Shown: positions 48,427 through 57,795 of the stretch, piece by piece
Position numbering within the stretch: the first letter of the stretch is position 1
Layout of the letters: each line of letters opens with the position of its first letter
Origin: a bacterium
GTDB taxonomy: Bacteria; Zhuqueibacterota; Zhuqueibacteria; Residuimicrobiales; Krinioviventaceae
DNA: 64,000 nucleotides
Assembly (NCBI GenBank): GCA_963675755.2
Contig: CAXXMD010000002.1
Location: 224,001 to 288,000, forward strand
Direction: 5' to 3'
Position numbers and translations under genes: made by a program
Notes under the pieces: generated by a model
Told to the model about the DNA's origin: nothing
The model's input: only the letters and a program-made list of their open reading frames with translations
Database searches by the model: none

Positions 48427-49584
48427 ATGAAGAAAATGACAGCTGTTGTTGCACTGATGGCAGTATTTACATTGGCAATGTGTTTTGTTGTGATCGGTGC
48501 GATTTCTGTGGAATTGATGGCAAAACTTGGAATTGGTCCTGCGGAAATTGGTAGTATGGCTTTTGCTTTATTCCTCACAGCAACAATTGTACAATTTATT
48601 ATTGGCCCATTGGTAGATAAATTAGGCCATAAACCTATTGCAATAATTGGATTTGTTGTAACCAGTGCAAGTATGTTTTTATTGGCTTTTGCTCCCAGTT
48701 TTGCATTGGCCATGTTGGCATCTATCTTTTTGGGTGTTGGTGCCATGTGCTTAAATACAGTTGGTAATACCCTGATCCCGGTTGTACTGTTTGATGGACA
48801 GGACCCTGCACGTGCCGGTAATTTTGGTAATGGATTCTTTGGTTTGGGTCTTGTTGTTGCTCCCTGGATGGTTTCAGCAGGTAGTGCTATGGGACTCGCT
48901 ACTAGTACTTCAATTATGATTTTAGGTCTTCTGGTTGTAGTCTTTTTACTTTTTGCATTGACTGCATCATATCCTCAGATCAGTACAGATTTTAAAATGT
49001 CTATGGCTCTAAAATTACTGTCAAAGGGAGCTGTTATAGTTGCTGCATTGGCACTATTCTGTTATGTTGCCCTTGAAAGTACTATGAATACATGGTTGAA
49101 ACCTTATTTAACTGAAGTTTTTAATGGTAATGCTGACACTGCTGGTTGGGTATTTGGCTTGTTTGGACTTTTCATGATGATTGGTCGTTTTATTGTTTCT
49201 GCTATTAAAAATCTTACTGCTATTGGTACAAAAATCATTGCCATTATGGCTGTTGTTTCCATCGGGACAATCCTGTTGATGATCTGGACCCCAAATCCTG
49301 CAACTGCAATTATTGCAGTGATTTTTACAGGTCTTGCATTTGCACCCATTTTCCCAACAGTTGTTGGTGTTACTTTTTCAAAGTTTGAACCACAATTCTA
49401 TGGTAGTATCTTTGGAATCATTTTTTCAATAGGTTTATTGGGGGGAACATTTGTACCCAAATTTGTTGGTGACTTGGCTGCTGGTAAAACGGTACAACAA
49501 AGCTTACCCATTGCTGTTGTAATGGCTGCTATTCTGGTCATTATTGCTTTGGTTATGTCCAAAGTTGGCAATAAAGCTGAATAA
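48427..49584 (+). CDS. MFS transporter (sugar/FucP-like)
   Basis: About 12 TM; motif A GPLVDKLGHK; YV..E, GRF, APIFPT. Confidence 0.88.
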   Translation: MKKMTAVVALMAVFTLAMCFVVIGAISVELMAKLGIGPAEIGSMAFALFLTATIVQFIIGPLVDKLGHKPIAIIGFVVTSASMFLLAFAPSFALAMLASIFLGVGAMCLNTVGNTLIPVVLFDGQDPARAGNFGNGFFGLGLVVAPWMVSAGSAMGLATSTSIMILGLLVVVFLLFALTASYPQISTDFKMSMALKLLSKGAVIVAALALFCYVALESTMNTWLKPYLTEVFNGNADTAGWVFGLFGLFMMIGRFIVSAIKNLTAIGTKIIAIMAVVSIGTILLMIWTPNPATAIIAVIFTGLAFAPIFPTVVGVTFSKFEPQFYGSIFGIIFSIGLLGGTFVPKFVGDLAAGKTVQQSLPIAVVMAAILVIIALVMSKVGNKAE

Positions 49585-49603
49585 TTTATTTTTGTGTTTC
49601 AAG

Positions 49604-49635
49604 AGCGGCGGGTATTTGCCCTCCGCTTTTTTTTT
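49604..49635 (+). terminator. Intrinsic terminator
   Basis: AGCGG.GGGT / GCCC.CCGCT followed by a T-run. Confidence 0.7.
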
Positions 49636-49665
49636 ATCTGAATTTCAATAAATACGGAGATTGCT

Positions 49666-50889
49666 GTGAATAAAAAAGTCAGTCTTGGCATTATGATGTT
49701 TCTGGAATATGCCATCTGGGGTTCCTGGTACCCGGTATTGTCTGCATATATGCAAAATACTTTGGGTTTTAATGGTTCTCAGGTTGGTGTAATTTACAGT
49801 CTTTTGCCACTTGCTACAATTATTGCACCGTTTTTTTTCGGTCAGCTGGCTGATCGTTATTTTGCAACACAAAAGGTGATTGCTTTTGCTCAACTCATTG
49901 GTGGAGTTATATTATTATGGCTGGCCACTGTAGATTCTTATACTCCGATGGTTTGGGGCATGTTTATATATACTTTGCTCTATGCGCCTACAATGGCATT
50001 AACCAATTCAATTACTTTTACCCATTTGTCTGATTCCGAACGTGAATTTGGCTGGATACGGGTTGGAGGTACAATTGGATGGATAGCTGTTGGTTTTACC
50101 CTGACAGGTTGGAGAGTTTTGGCTGACAATGGAATCCTTCCCGGTACACCGGGAGATGCTTTGATTTTAGGTGGTATATTGTCACTCATTATGGGTGTCT
50201 TTTCTTTTTATTTACCCAATACACCTCCAAACAAGGAAGCAAAAAATCCCTGGGCATTTCTTGAAGCTTTTAAAATGTTCAAGAATTTCAATTTTGCAGT
50301 TTTTATGGGTATTGCATTTATTGTATCCACAGAATTAATGTTTTATTATGTTTTGACCGGCCCATTTTTAACATCTGAGAAAATTGGTGTAACCCAATCC
50401 GGGTTAGCTGGTGTTATGGCAATTGCACAGATTGCAGAAGTATTTGTTTTGGCGCTGTTACTGCCTTACTTTTTGCCCAAACATGGTATGCGTAAAACCT
50501 TGACCCTGGGTATTCTTGCGTGGCCTATTCGATACATCATTTTTGCAATTGGTTCACCCGCATGGCTGGTAATTGCATCTCTTGCATTGCATGGATTCTG
50601 TTTTGTTTTCTTTTTCGCGGCATCTCAGATCTATGTTGATACAGTTGCTCCACGTGATATCCGGGCTTCTGCACAGAGCATGTACTCGTTTATCACATAT
50701 GGAGTTGGTTTATATTTAGGTAGCCGTTTTTCCGGATGGATTCAGAATGTTTTTTCTGAATTAGGTCCGCAGGGTCAAATTATACAAACCAATTGGACCC
50801 ATGTGTTTATTGTACCTACAATCATGACCATTGTCTGTGCTGTATTGTTTTTGATTACATTTAGAGAAAAACCCAAGATGGCAGAATAA
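49666..50889 (+). CDS. MFS nucleoside:H+ symporter family (NupG/YegT-like)
   Basis: MMFLEYAIWGSW, ADRYF, IRV.GTIGWI, LP.TPP, Q.AE, LHGFC, RASAQ. Confidence 0.88.
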   Translation: MNKKVSLGIMMFLEYAIWGSWYPVLSAYMQNTLGFNGSQVGVIYSLLPLATIIAPFFFGQLADRYFATQKVIAFAQLIGGVILLWLATVDSYTPMVWGMFIYTLLYAPTMALTNSITFTHLSDSEREFGWIRVGGTIGWIAVGFTLTGWRVLADNGILPGTPGDALILGGILSLIMGVFSFYLPNTPPNKEAKNPWAFLEAFKMFKNFNFAVFMGIAFIVSTELMFYYVLTGPFLTSEKIGVTQSGLAGVMAIAQIAEVFVLALLLPYFLPKHGMRKTLTLGILAWPIRYIIFAIGSPAWLVIASLALHGFCFVFFFAASQIYVDTVAPRDIRASAQSMYSFITYGVGLYLGSRFSGWIQNVFSELGPQGQIIQTNWTHVFIVPTIMTIVCAVLFLITFREKPKMAE

Positions 50890-50892
50890 GAT

Positions 50893-50918
50893 AAGCCGGT
50901 GTTATCACCGGCTTTTTT
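50893..50918 (+). terminator. Intrinsic terminator
   Basis: AAGCCGGTG / CACCGGCTT followed by a T-run. Confidence 0.85.
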
Positions 50919-50975
50919 GTTTCATATTGTAATTTATTTTTGCAATATTCCATTTGATTTTAAACAACAAACTAA

Positions 50976-52184
50976 ATGGAGTATTCAATGTCATCGCCAT
51001 CTCTGGAATCTACTGATACAAAACAATTGCTGCTTAACCGGAATTTGCATATAATATTTGCAGTGACTTTGATGGCTGTACTGGGTGTTTCAAGCATCAC
51101 TCCGGCTTTTCCTCGCATTTCAGAAGCTTTAAATATTTCACCTCAATCTATTGGTTTATTGATTACAGTGTTTACTTTGCCAGGTATCTTTTTAACACCG
51201 GTTTTGGGTGTTTTCGCAGATCGATATGGTAGAAAGAGAATTCTTGTACCCTCTATGTTTCTTTTTGGCATTGCAGGTGGATTATGTGCCTTTACCCGCT
51301 CGTTTGAAACCTTATTGATTATGCGCTTCTTTCAAGGAATAGGTGCCGCATCTTTGGGGGCTATTAATCTTACGTTGATTGGTGATTTGTTTCCTGGTAA
51401 ACAACGTACCATAGCTATGGGATATAATTCAAGTGTGCTAAGTGTGGGGACAGCTTCGTATCCTGCTATTGGTGGCGCTGTTGCTGCCTTTGCATGGTAT
51501 TATCCATTTTTACTGGCTTTTATTGCAATACCCATTGGATTATGGGTTTTATTGGGATTAAAGAATCCCGAGCCCAAAAACAATCAATCTTTGGGGCAAT
51601 ATCTCAAATACGCTTTGAAAAGCATGAACAAGAAAAATGTATATGTTTATTTTACTGCCAACCTGGTTACGTTTATTATTTTGTATGGTATATTTTTAAC
51701 TTATATTCCCATCTTTTTGCATGAACACTTTCAGGCATCTACAGTTATTATTGGTCTGGTTATGTCTTCTACTTCGGTAGTAACAGCTTTTATGGCTTCT
51801 CAATTGGGGCGTCTTGTTCGTCGGTTTAGTGAGATCGAATTGTTAAGAGTATCCTATTTATTGTATAGCCTGGGTTTGATAATGATCCCTTTTATTCATA
51901 GTATTTATATGTTTATTATTCCTGTTGCCATATTTGGAATAGGTCATGGTTTAAATATCCCTGTTGTTCAATCGTTACTTGCAGGGGAGGCCCCACTCGA
52001 GCATCGTGCTGCATTTATGTCGCTTAACGGAATGGTGCTTCGCCTGGGTCAGACTTTGGGTCCCATTATTATGGCTGGAATATTTTTGTTATTGGGGTTG
52101 GATTGGATCTTTTTTGCCGGATGTATGCTGGCTGTTTTATTTGTGATTTTTCTTTTCACATTCATGAAAAAATCAAGGGATTAA
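50976..52184 (+). CDS. MFS transporter (DHA1-like)
   Basis: GVFADRYGRKR, RFFQGIG, about 12 TM. Confidence 0.9.
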   Translation: MEYSMSSPSLESTDTKQLLLNRNLHIIFAVTLMAVLGVSSITPAFPRISEALNISPQSIGLLITVFTLPGIFLTPVLGVFADRYGRKRILVPSMFLFGIAGGLCAFTRSFETLLIMRFFQGIGAASLGAINLTLIGDLFPGKQRTIAMGYNSSVLSVGTASYPAIGGAVAAFAWYYPFLLAFIAIPIGLWVLLGLKNPEPKNNQSLGQYLKYALKSMNKKNVYVYFTANLVTFIILYGIFLTYIPIFLHEHFQASTVIIGLVMSSTSVVTAFMASQLGRLVRRFSEIELLRVSYLLYSLGLIMIPFIHSIYMFIIPVAIFGIGHGLNIPVVQSLLAGEAPLEHRAAFMSLNGMVLRLGQTLGPIIMAGIFLLLGLDWIFFAGCMLAVLFVIFLFTFMKKSRD

Positions 52185-52226
52185 TACATTTATTATCTCT
52201 GTTAAAATTTGAAAAATGAGGTGCTA

Positions 52227-53261
52227 ATGAAAAGAAGAGACTTTATTAAAACATCTTTGTTAACTTCTGTTTCACTTGGCTTGGTGAACCAGATTGCTTT
52301 TGGCAAGATTGAAGATTTTTACATTCAAGCTAAAGGAAAGATTGTTACTGTAACAGGATTAATTGAACCAAAGCAAGTTGGTAATCTCTTGCCACATGAA
52401 CACGTTATGTCTATCTTTGGTGGTGATGCTGCAGAAAAAGCTGAATATGACAAGAATAAACTGTTCAATGCAGTCATACCTTATCTTGAAAAAGTCAAGG
52501 CTACAGGTAGTAACGCTTTAGCAGATTGCACAACTGCTTATTTTGGCAGGGATCCTGAATTGTTAAAGCAAATCTCTGAACGTACAGGATTTTATTTACT
52601 CACCAATACCGGTTATTACGGCGCGGCAAATGATCGATATGTACCCAAACATGCATTGAAAGAGAATGCTGATGAACTTGCAAGACGCTGGTTAATCGAA
52701 TGGGAGCATGGAATTGCAGATACCGGCATTCATCCCGGATTTATCAAGATTGGCGTCGATAATGGCCCCTTGTCTGAAATTGATAAAAAGCTGGTTACCG
52801 CAGCTGCCAAGACACATGTAAAAAGTGGTTTAACCTTGTCAATCCATACAGGCGATAATCCCGAGGCAGCACTTGAGCAAATTGAGATTTTAAAACAAGA
52901 GGGTGTTCATCCATCAGCGTGGATCTGGGTACATGCGCATAATGTTAAAGACAAGCAAACTGTTCTCGAGGCAGCAAAAGCCGGAGCCTGGATAGAGTTT
53001 GACAGCTTGCAGCCGGATAATGTAGAACTGCATCTGGAGTGGATTCAATTTATGATTAACAATGGGTATATAAATCAGATATTGCTTTCTCACGATGGAA
53101 ATTCATTCAAGTATGGTGACAGACCTATGAAAACCTATCACCATTTACATGAATTACTTGTACCCATGATGAAGCAAACAGGTTTGGGTAATGAAGAGAT
53201 TAATCGGATAATTACACAAAATCCGCAAAGAGCGTTTACCGTTCAGAAACGGTTGATATAA
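52227..53261 (+). CDS. Tat-exported phosphotriesterase/lactonase-family metallohydrolase
   Basis: KRRDFIK Tat signal; HEH, FIKIG, IHTG, WVH, LLSHD; NP.R. Confidence 0.88.
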   Translation: MKRRDFIKTSLLTSVSLGLVNQIAFGKIEDFYIQAKGKIVTVTGLIEPKQVGNLLPHEHVMSIFGGDAAEKAEYDKNKLFNAVIPYLEKVKATGSNALADCTTAYFGRDPELLKQISERTGFYLLTNTGYYGAANDRYVPKHALKENADELARRWLIEWEHGIADTGIHPGFIKIGVDNGPLSEIDKKLVTAAAKTHVKSGLTLSIHTGDNPEAALEQIEILKQEGVHPSAWIWVHAHNVKDKQTVLEAAKAGAWIEFDSLQPDNVELHLEWIQFMINNGYINQILLSHDGNSFKYGDRPMKTYHHLHELLVPMMKQTGLGNEEINRIITQNPQRAFTVQKRLI

Positions 53262-53289
53262 AAAAAGCCCGGTTTAACCGGGCTTTTTT
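53261..53289. terminator. Bidirectional terminator
   Basis: AAAAAAGCCCGGTT / AACCGGGCTTTTTT between convergent genes. Confidence 0.9.
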
Positions 53290-53290
53290 A

Positions 53291-55885
53291 TTATATCGTT
53301 ACTTTTTCTATCGTTATTTTTTCGGGTTTTTCTATTATCAATTCTATTACTGTATCTCCATTTTCTGTCTGCAAACTTCCGGATTCAGCAGCTCCTGTTA
53401 TTTTGTATGCTCCCAGTGATTGCGGCCAATAGATGTTTATTGTACCAGGAGCTCCGGATTCTATCATCATTGTCGTATCGTTCAGGATCTGAATATCTTT
53501 TAGCCAGCAAGTAGATCGACCAATGTATGCGCCAAAGTCATTGTTTCCTAATACAAATGCGTTTCTTGCAACATCCGGTTCTGTGAAATCAAATGTAAAT
53601 TCAAGATTGCTGTTTCCAGTTTGTGTTTCACCAAAAATACCGGGAACATGGTATGCATGCCCAATAACACCCAGAAAACTTTTTGTTTTAAAATATTGCG
53701 TTTGATAAGTTTCTGATGTTATGCTGCCGCTGAAAGCAATGACCTGACCCTGGGCTGAGAGAGAGTCTATCTGTTCATAGACTTCAGGAGATGAACCAAT
53801 GCTGCCGGTTTCTGTAGGTCTTACCGAAGATGCGGTTTTGGCTATTCTTTTATAAGTGTTAAAATGAAGCTTGCAAAAATCACGTTCTTCCGGTGACAGT
53901 TCAGAAAGATCGCCCCAAATACCATGACCACCCAGTATAGCAGTTGATAAATTATAATGTTGTGCTTTAAAAGGTGAACCATTGTGTGGATATACAGCAT
54001 ATGTCTGTAAAACAGGAGGGATGATGCTGTTATATTCATATGGAATTGTTCGCATGGATTTGGATCTATACTGACTCAGATCGTCATATCCTGAAGCGCC
54101 ATTATTCATCCAGAAATACCGGCCTTCATTGAAAAATTCCAGGCCAATATTACGACCTTTTTCGGTTACATCGTATACAATAATTAATCCCGGTTTGTAA
54201 TCGGTTAATGCTTTGGCAATACGTGTAACACTGTTTATAAGCTCAAATCCATAACGTTCTGCACGTTCTTGTGGGGAATCATTAGGGCCACCATGATGGT
54301 GATTGGCAGCATAGCAAAGTTGGCCATCTAAACCATCCCATTTAAAATATGTACAACCAAGATCAATTAGTTTTTTTGATTTTTCTATAAAATAAGGTTC
54401 AAAATCACTAACAAGACAGGCCATGTCTCGTCCCCAGCTAGCTTTGGGAATTGCACCGGTACTGTCTATTGCCATAAATTCAGGGTGTTTTTCAAATGTT
54501 TCGGATTCTTTGTGAACACAAAATGGGGCCATCCATAATCCCAGACGCATTCCGTATCCATCCAGTTTTTCTTTAATGGGTCCCAATTTTTTATCATAAT
54601 GACGTTTATCTACATTCCAGTCACCCATCCAGTCAAACCAGCCATCATCAATAACAAATACATCCACACCACATTCATGTGCAAAATCTATCTCTTTGAG
54701 TAAACGATCTTCATCGCGTAATACATCGCGAGGAGAAAAATACTTTCTGGGGCCACCGCTGCCTTTGATATTGTAATAATTTGCAGGATCATAAACTGTA
54801 GCGTCTCCATAAATATCAGTACCAATTTTCTTTTCCCGTAAATCGGCAAAATTTATAAATTCGCGTTGGTCATCTCGCTGCCAACCCCAGGTGTTATAAT
54901 AGATCATGGGAGTTCGGGTAGCTGATTTTTCACTTTGCCAGTTGTAGAGATAATTCCAAATGAGTTTTTTACCTGTTTCATAATCCGAATTGTTATAACA
55001 TCCTGTCAAAACCCAAACTGTTTGCAGAGGGTGTTGGGGAGAAAAAGTTTCATGTTCAGTAAACGTACCCCGAAGTGCAGTCAAACCTGTTTGGGTAGCA
55101 TTATTCAACAATAATCCTGTAGAGATATTGATAAAATCACGAGTTGTGTCATTGTCTGGTGATCCATGCTCATATGCCATTACCCAACCAGAGTTGTTTT
55201 CATTTTTTGCTAACAAGATAGGACCTTTAAAAGATCCTGCACCTGATTGCTCATGTACCAGTTCTGCCGGATGATACATATGGCATTGAGACAGGTTTGA
55301 ACCCGAAGCATTGCCAGAATTCCAATCTCTATCAAGAGGAAATGCATCAATGTTCGCGCCCTGTAATTGTTCGCGATTCCAAGATGCTAACCGGATCTCA
55401 AGTAATTCTGTCGCTTTCTCTAGGTTATATATGGGAAAAACATACTGAATGTTTTCTGCAACGTTTTGCATTGTAAAAGGTACTTTGCGTGGTCTTAGTA
55501 TAAAACGTTCCCGGGTTAATGAACAACCAGGAAAAATTTGAACAAGATAATGGATGATAATATCATTATGTTCCAACCGTATATCCACTTCTTTTCCACC
55601 ATGTCCCAATTCACGAATTGCATGAGATTGATAGCCGGCTGAATTCAAAGTATCGTTGTTTATTACAAATTTAAACCAGGTATTATTTGGTGCGGTTATT
55701 AAATTTTGCTCAATATCTTTATGATAAAATGATGTCGGGTAGAATGTATCCAAAGTATTGTAATCCCGTTTTATAACATCATTTTCAATAGAGAGCACAT
55801 TGTTTTCAAATATGATTTGAATTTCTTCAGCAGCACTCATGGATGCAAATAACATAATACAAAAGAGTAAGACCAGATTTTTCAT
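53291..55885 (-). CDS. Secreted GH36-like alpha-galactosidase
   Basis: Signal peptide; YNTW, FVIDDGW, GLWMAP, YFKWD (nucleophile motif). Confidence 0.8.
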   Translation of the reverse strand: MKNLVLLFCIMLFASMSAAEEIQIIFENNVLSIENDVIKRDYNTLDTFYPTSFYHKDIEQNLITAPNNTWFKFVINNDTLNSAGYQSHAIRELGHGGKEVDIRLEHNDIIIHYLVQIFPGCSLTRERFILRPRKVPFTMQNVAENIQYVFPIYNLEKATELLEIRLASWNREQLQGANIDAFPLDRDWNSGNASGSNLSQCHMYHPAELVHEQSGAGSFKGPILLAKNENNSGWVMAYEHGSPDNDTTRDFINISTGLLLNNATQTGLTALRGTFTEHETFSPQHPLQTVWVLTGCYNNSDYETGKKLIWNYLYNWQSEKSATRTPMIYYNTWGWQRDDQREFINFADLREKKIGTDIYGDATVYDPANYYNIKGSGGPRKYFSPRDVLRDEDRLLKEIDFAHECGVDVFVIDDGWFDWMGDWNVDKRHYDKKLGPIKEKLDGYGMRLGLWMAPFCVHKESETFEKHPEFMAIDSTGAIPKASWGRDMACLVSDFEPYFIEKSKKLIDLGCTYFKWDGLDGQLCYAANHHHGGPNDSPQERAERYGFELINSVTRIAKALTDYKPGLIIVYDVTEKGRNIGLEFFNEGRYFWMNNGASGYDDLSQYRSKSMRTIPYEYNSIIPPVLQTYAVYPHNGSPFKAQHYNLSTAILGGHGIWGDLSELSPEERDFCKLHFNTYKRIAKTASSVRPTETGSIGSSPEVYEQIDSLSAQGQVIAFSGSITSETYQTQYFKTKSFLGVIGHAYHVPGIFGETQTGNSNLEFTFDFTEPDVARNAFVLGNNDFGAYIGRSTCWLKDIQILNDTTMMIESGAPGTINIYWPQSLGAYKITGAAESGSLQTENGDTVIELIIEKPEKITIEKVTI

Positions 55886-55897
55886 ATTTCCTCTTTA

Positions 55898-57691
55898 CTA
55901 TTTGATCAGTAACATTTTTCGTTTAAAATTATATGTATCTGTATTTAGTTGATAATAATAAATTCCGCTGGGCCAGGCTTGGGCTTGCAATGTTGTATTG
56001 TACGCACCTGCTGCCTGAAATTGATTAACAAGTATTGCTAAAAGTTCTCCTCGTATATTATAAACTGACAAATTGACCTTTGATGCTTGGGCCAAAGTGT
56101 AACGAATTGTGGTAACAGGATTAAAAGGATTGGGGTAATTTTGAAACAATTGAAATTTATCAGGTGATTGATCTTGATTGTTAACAGATACTGGAAAAGT
56201 AGTAATGATTGCATTTTGAATTGTTTTGGTTGTTTCACCACCGGGCCCTTTGACTGTCAGAGATATATCAAATGAATCAGCGCTTGTATAAATGTGTGAT
56301 GGACTTTTTGCGGTACTTTGAGTTCCATCTCCAAAATCCCAATTCCAACTTTCAATATTTCCGGTAGACAAATCCGTGAATTGCACTGTTAATGGAACTA
56401 GACCTGTGGAAGGTGAGAACTCGAAATCCGGAACAGGTGGTGAAGTAACGGTAGTGATATAATCTGTTTTTGTAGTGGTGTTGATTCCTGCCGTTCCTGC
56501 AACCGTTAGTGAAACCGTAAATGTATCTACTTTATCATATACATGTTCAGGATGTTGAGCTTCGCTTGTTGTGCCATCACCAAAGTCCCAATACCATGCA
56601 TTTATATTGCCATTTGATTGGTCTGTAAATTGTACAGATAGAGGGGCAATACCTGTTTTGGGTATAGCGTCAAATTCTGCAACAGGTAAGGGATCTTGAA
56701 CGATAATATAATTTTCTCGTATAAGCATATCTGTACCCAATTCACCATTTACTGTTAAGCGAACAGAGTAGGTATCTGGTTGAATATATGTGTGAACAGG
56801 ACTTTTCTTAATACCGGCTTCTCCATCACCAAAATCCCAGGAATATTCATCTATGTCACCTGAGGATTGATTTATAAATTGAACTGCAAGTGGTGCAAAA
56901 CCGATCCGGGGTTCAGCTACAAAATAGGCGGCAGGTGGACCTTCATTAACAGTGATGTAACTATATTTGATATTCTGCTTGTTACCACCGGGGCCCGTTG
57001 CATCAAGAGATACAGTAAACGTACCTGTTTCCCTGTAGGTATGCATTGGATTGGTTTCTGAACTTGTACTATCATCACCAAAATTCCAAAGTAAATCGGT
57101 AACTATGCCTGAAAGTTGACTGATAAAGTGTATGGTAAGAGGTGCGCTGCCATTCAAAGTATCTGCACTAAAATCAACAATCGGAAGCATAAAAGGTAAT
57201 ACATCAATTAAAACAACATAATGACTTTTGGCATTTACTGCTCCTGCGGCACGGTTACCACCTAATATCAATGTATCCGGAAGGCTTGACATTTTCCAAA
57301 CATTTAATGTATTAGCATCATCAGAAACACCAAGCGTCAATTCAGTTAATGTAAACGAATCAGATAACCAATTGGGAACAGAGCTTGCTCTGCTGTCAAA
57401 GCCTATATAGATATCTGCATCATCCAACAAAACCAGTTGAAGGTAATCGTTTGTTTGATTATCAGCATTATCATTTGAAGGAACAATCCAAAGCAGGCTG
57501 TCGAGCTCGCCAGGTATTTCAGTTATAGTATAATCACGATCACTATAATACATATTACCGGTTTCAAGTAAAGTTGTATTATAATTTTCCGGTGCTAGTA
57601 TCTGAACAGCTTGTTCTATTGGGTACTGGGCATAAAGATAGAAAGGCATTACTGCAAATAATAGCGAAAATATCAGAGTCCGGTTTTTCAT
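55898..57691 (-). CDS. Secreted protein: uncharacterised N-terminal domain + 4 PKD domains + T9SS-type CTD
   Basis: Four P..(D/E/Y)F......G..PL...F...W.FGD...H.Y repeats; QNYPNPFNP...SGIYYYQL...KMLLIK. Confidence 0.88.
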   Translation of the reverse strand: MKNRTLIFSLLFAVMPFYLYAQYPIEQAVQILAPENYNTTLLETGNMYYSDRDYTITEIPGELDSLLWIVPSNDNADNQTNDYLQLVLLDDADIYIGFDSRASSVPNWLSDSFTLTELTLGVSDDANTLNVWKMSSLPDTLILGGNRAAGAVNAKSHYVVLIDVLPFMLPIVDFSADTLNGSAPLTIHFISQLSGIVTDLLWNFGDDSTSSETNPMHTYRETGTFTVSLDATGPGGNKQNIKYSYITVNEGPPAAYFVAEPRIGFAPLAVQFINQSSGDIDEYSWDFGDGEAGIKKSPVHTYIQPDTYSVRLTVNGELGTDMLIRENYIIVQDPLPVAEFDAIPKTGIAPLSVQFTDQSNGNINAWYWDFGDGTTSEAQHPEHVYDKVDTFTVSLTVAGTAGINTTTKTDYITTVTSPPVPDFEFSPSTGLVPLTVQFTDLSTGNIESWNWDFGDGTQSTAKSPSHIYTSADSFDISLTVKGPGGETTKTIQNAIITTFPVSVNNQDQSPDKFQLFQNYPNPFNPVTTIRYTLAQASKVNLSVYNIRGELLAILVNQFQAAGAYNTTLQAQAWPSGIYYYQLNTDTYNFKRKMLLIK

Positions 57692-57795
57692 GAATACAAG
57701 ATAAATGTTAGTTTTTAAACATACTTAATAATAGTTATCCTAATCGATCAATTCAAGTACTTAATTGTAAACTGATTGAATATGTAGGTATATAA

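Noticed and set aside
48327-48746. 139-aa minus-strand ORF
   Set aside because: Antisense shadow of the hydrophobic MFS gene
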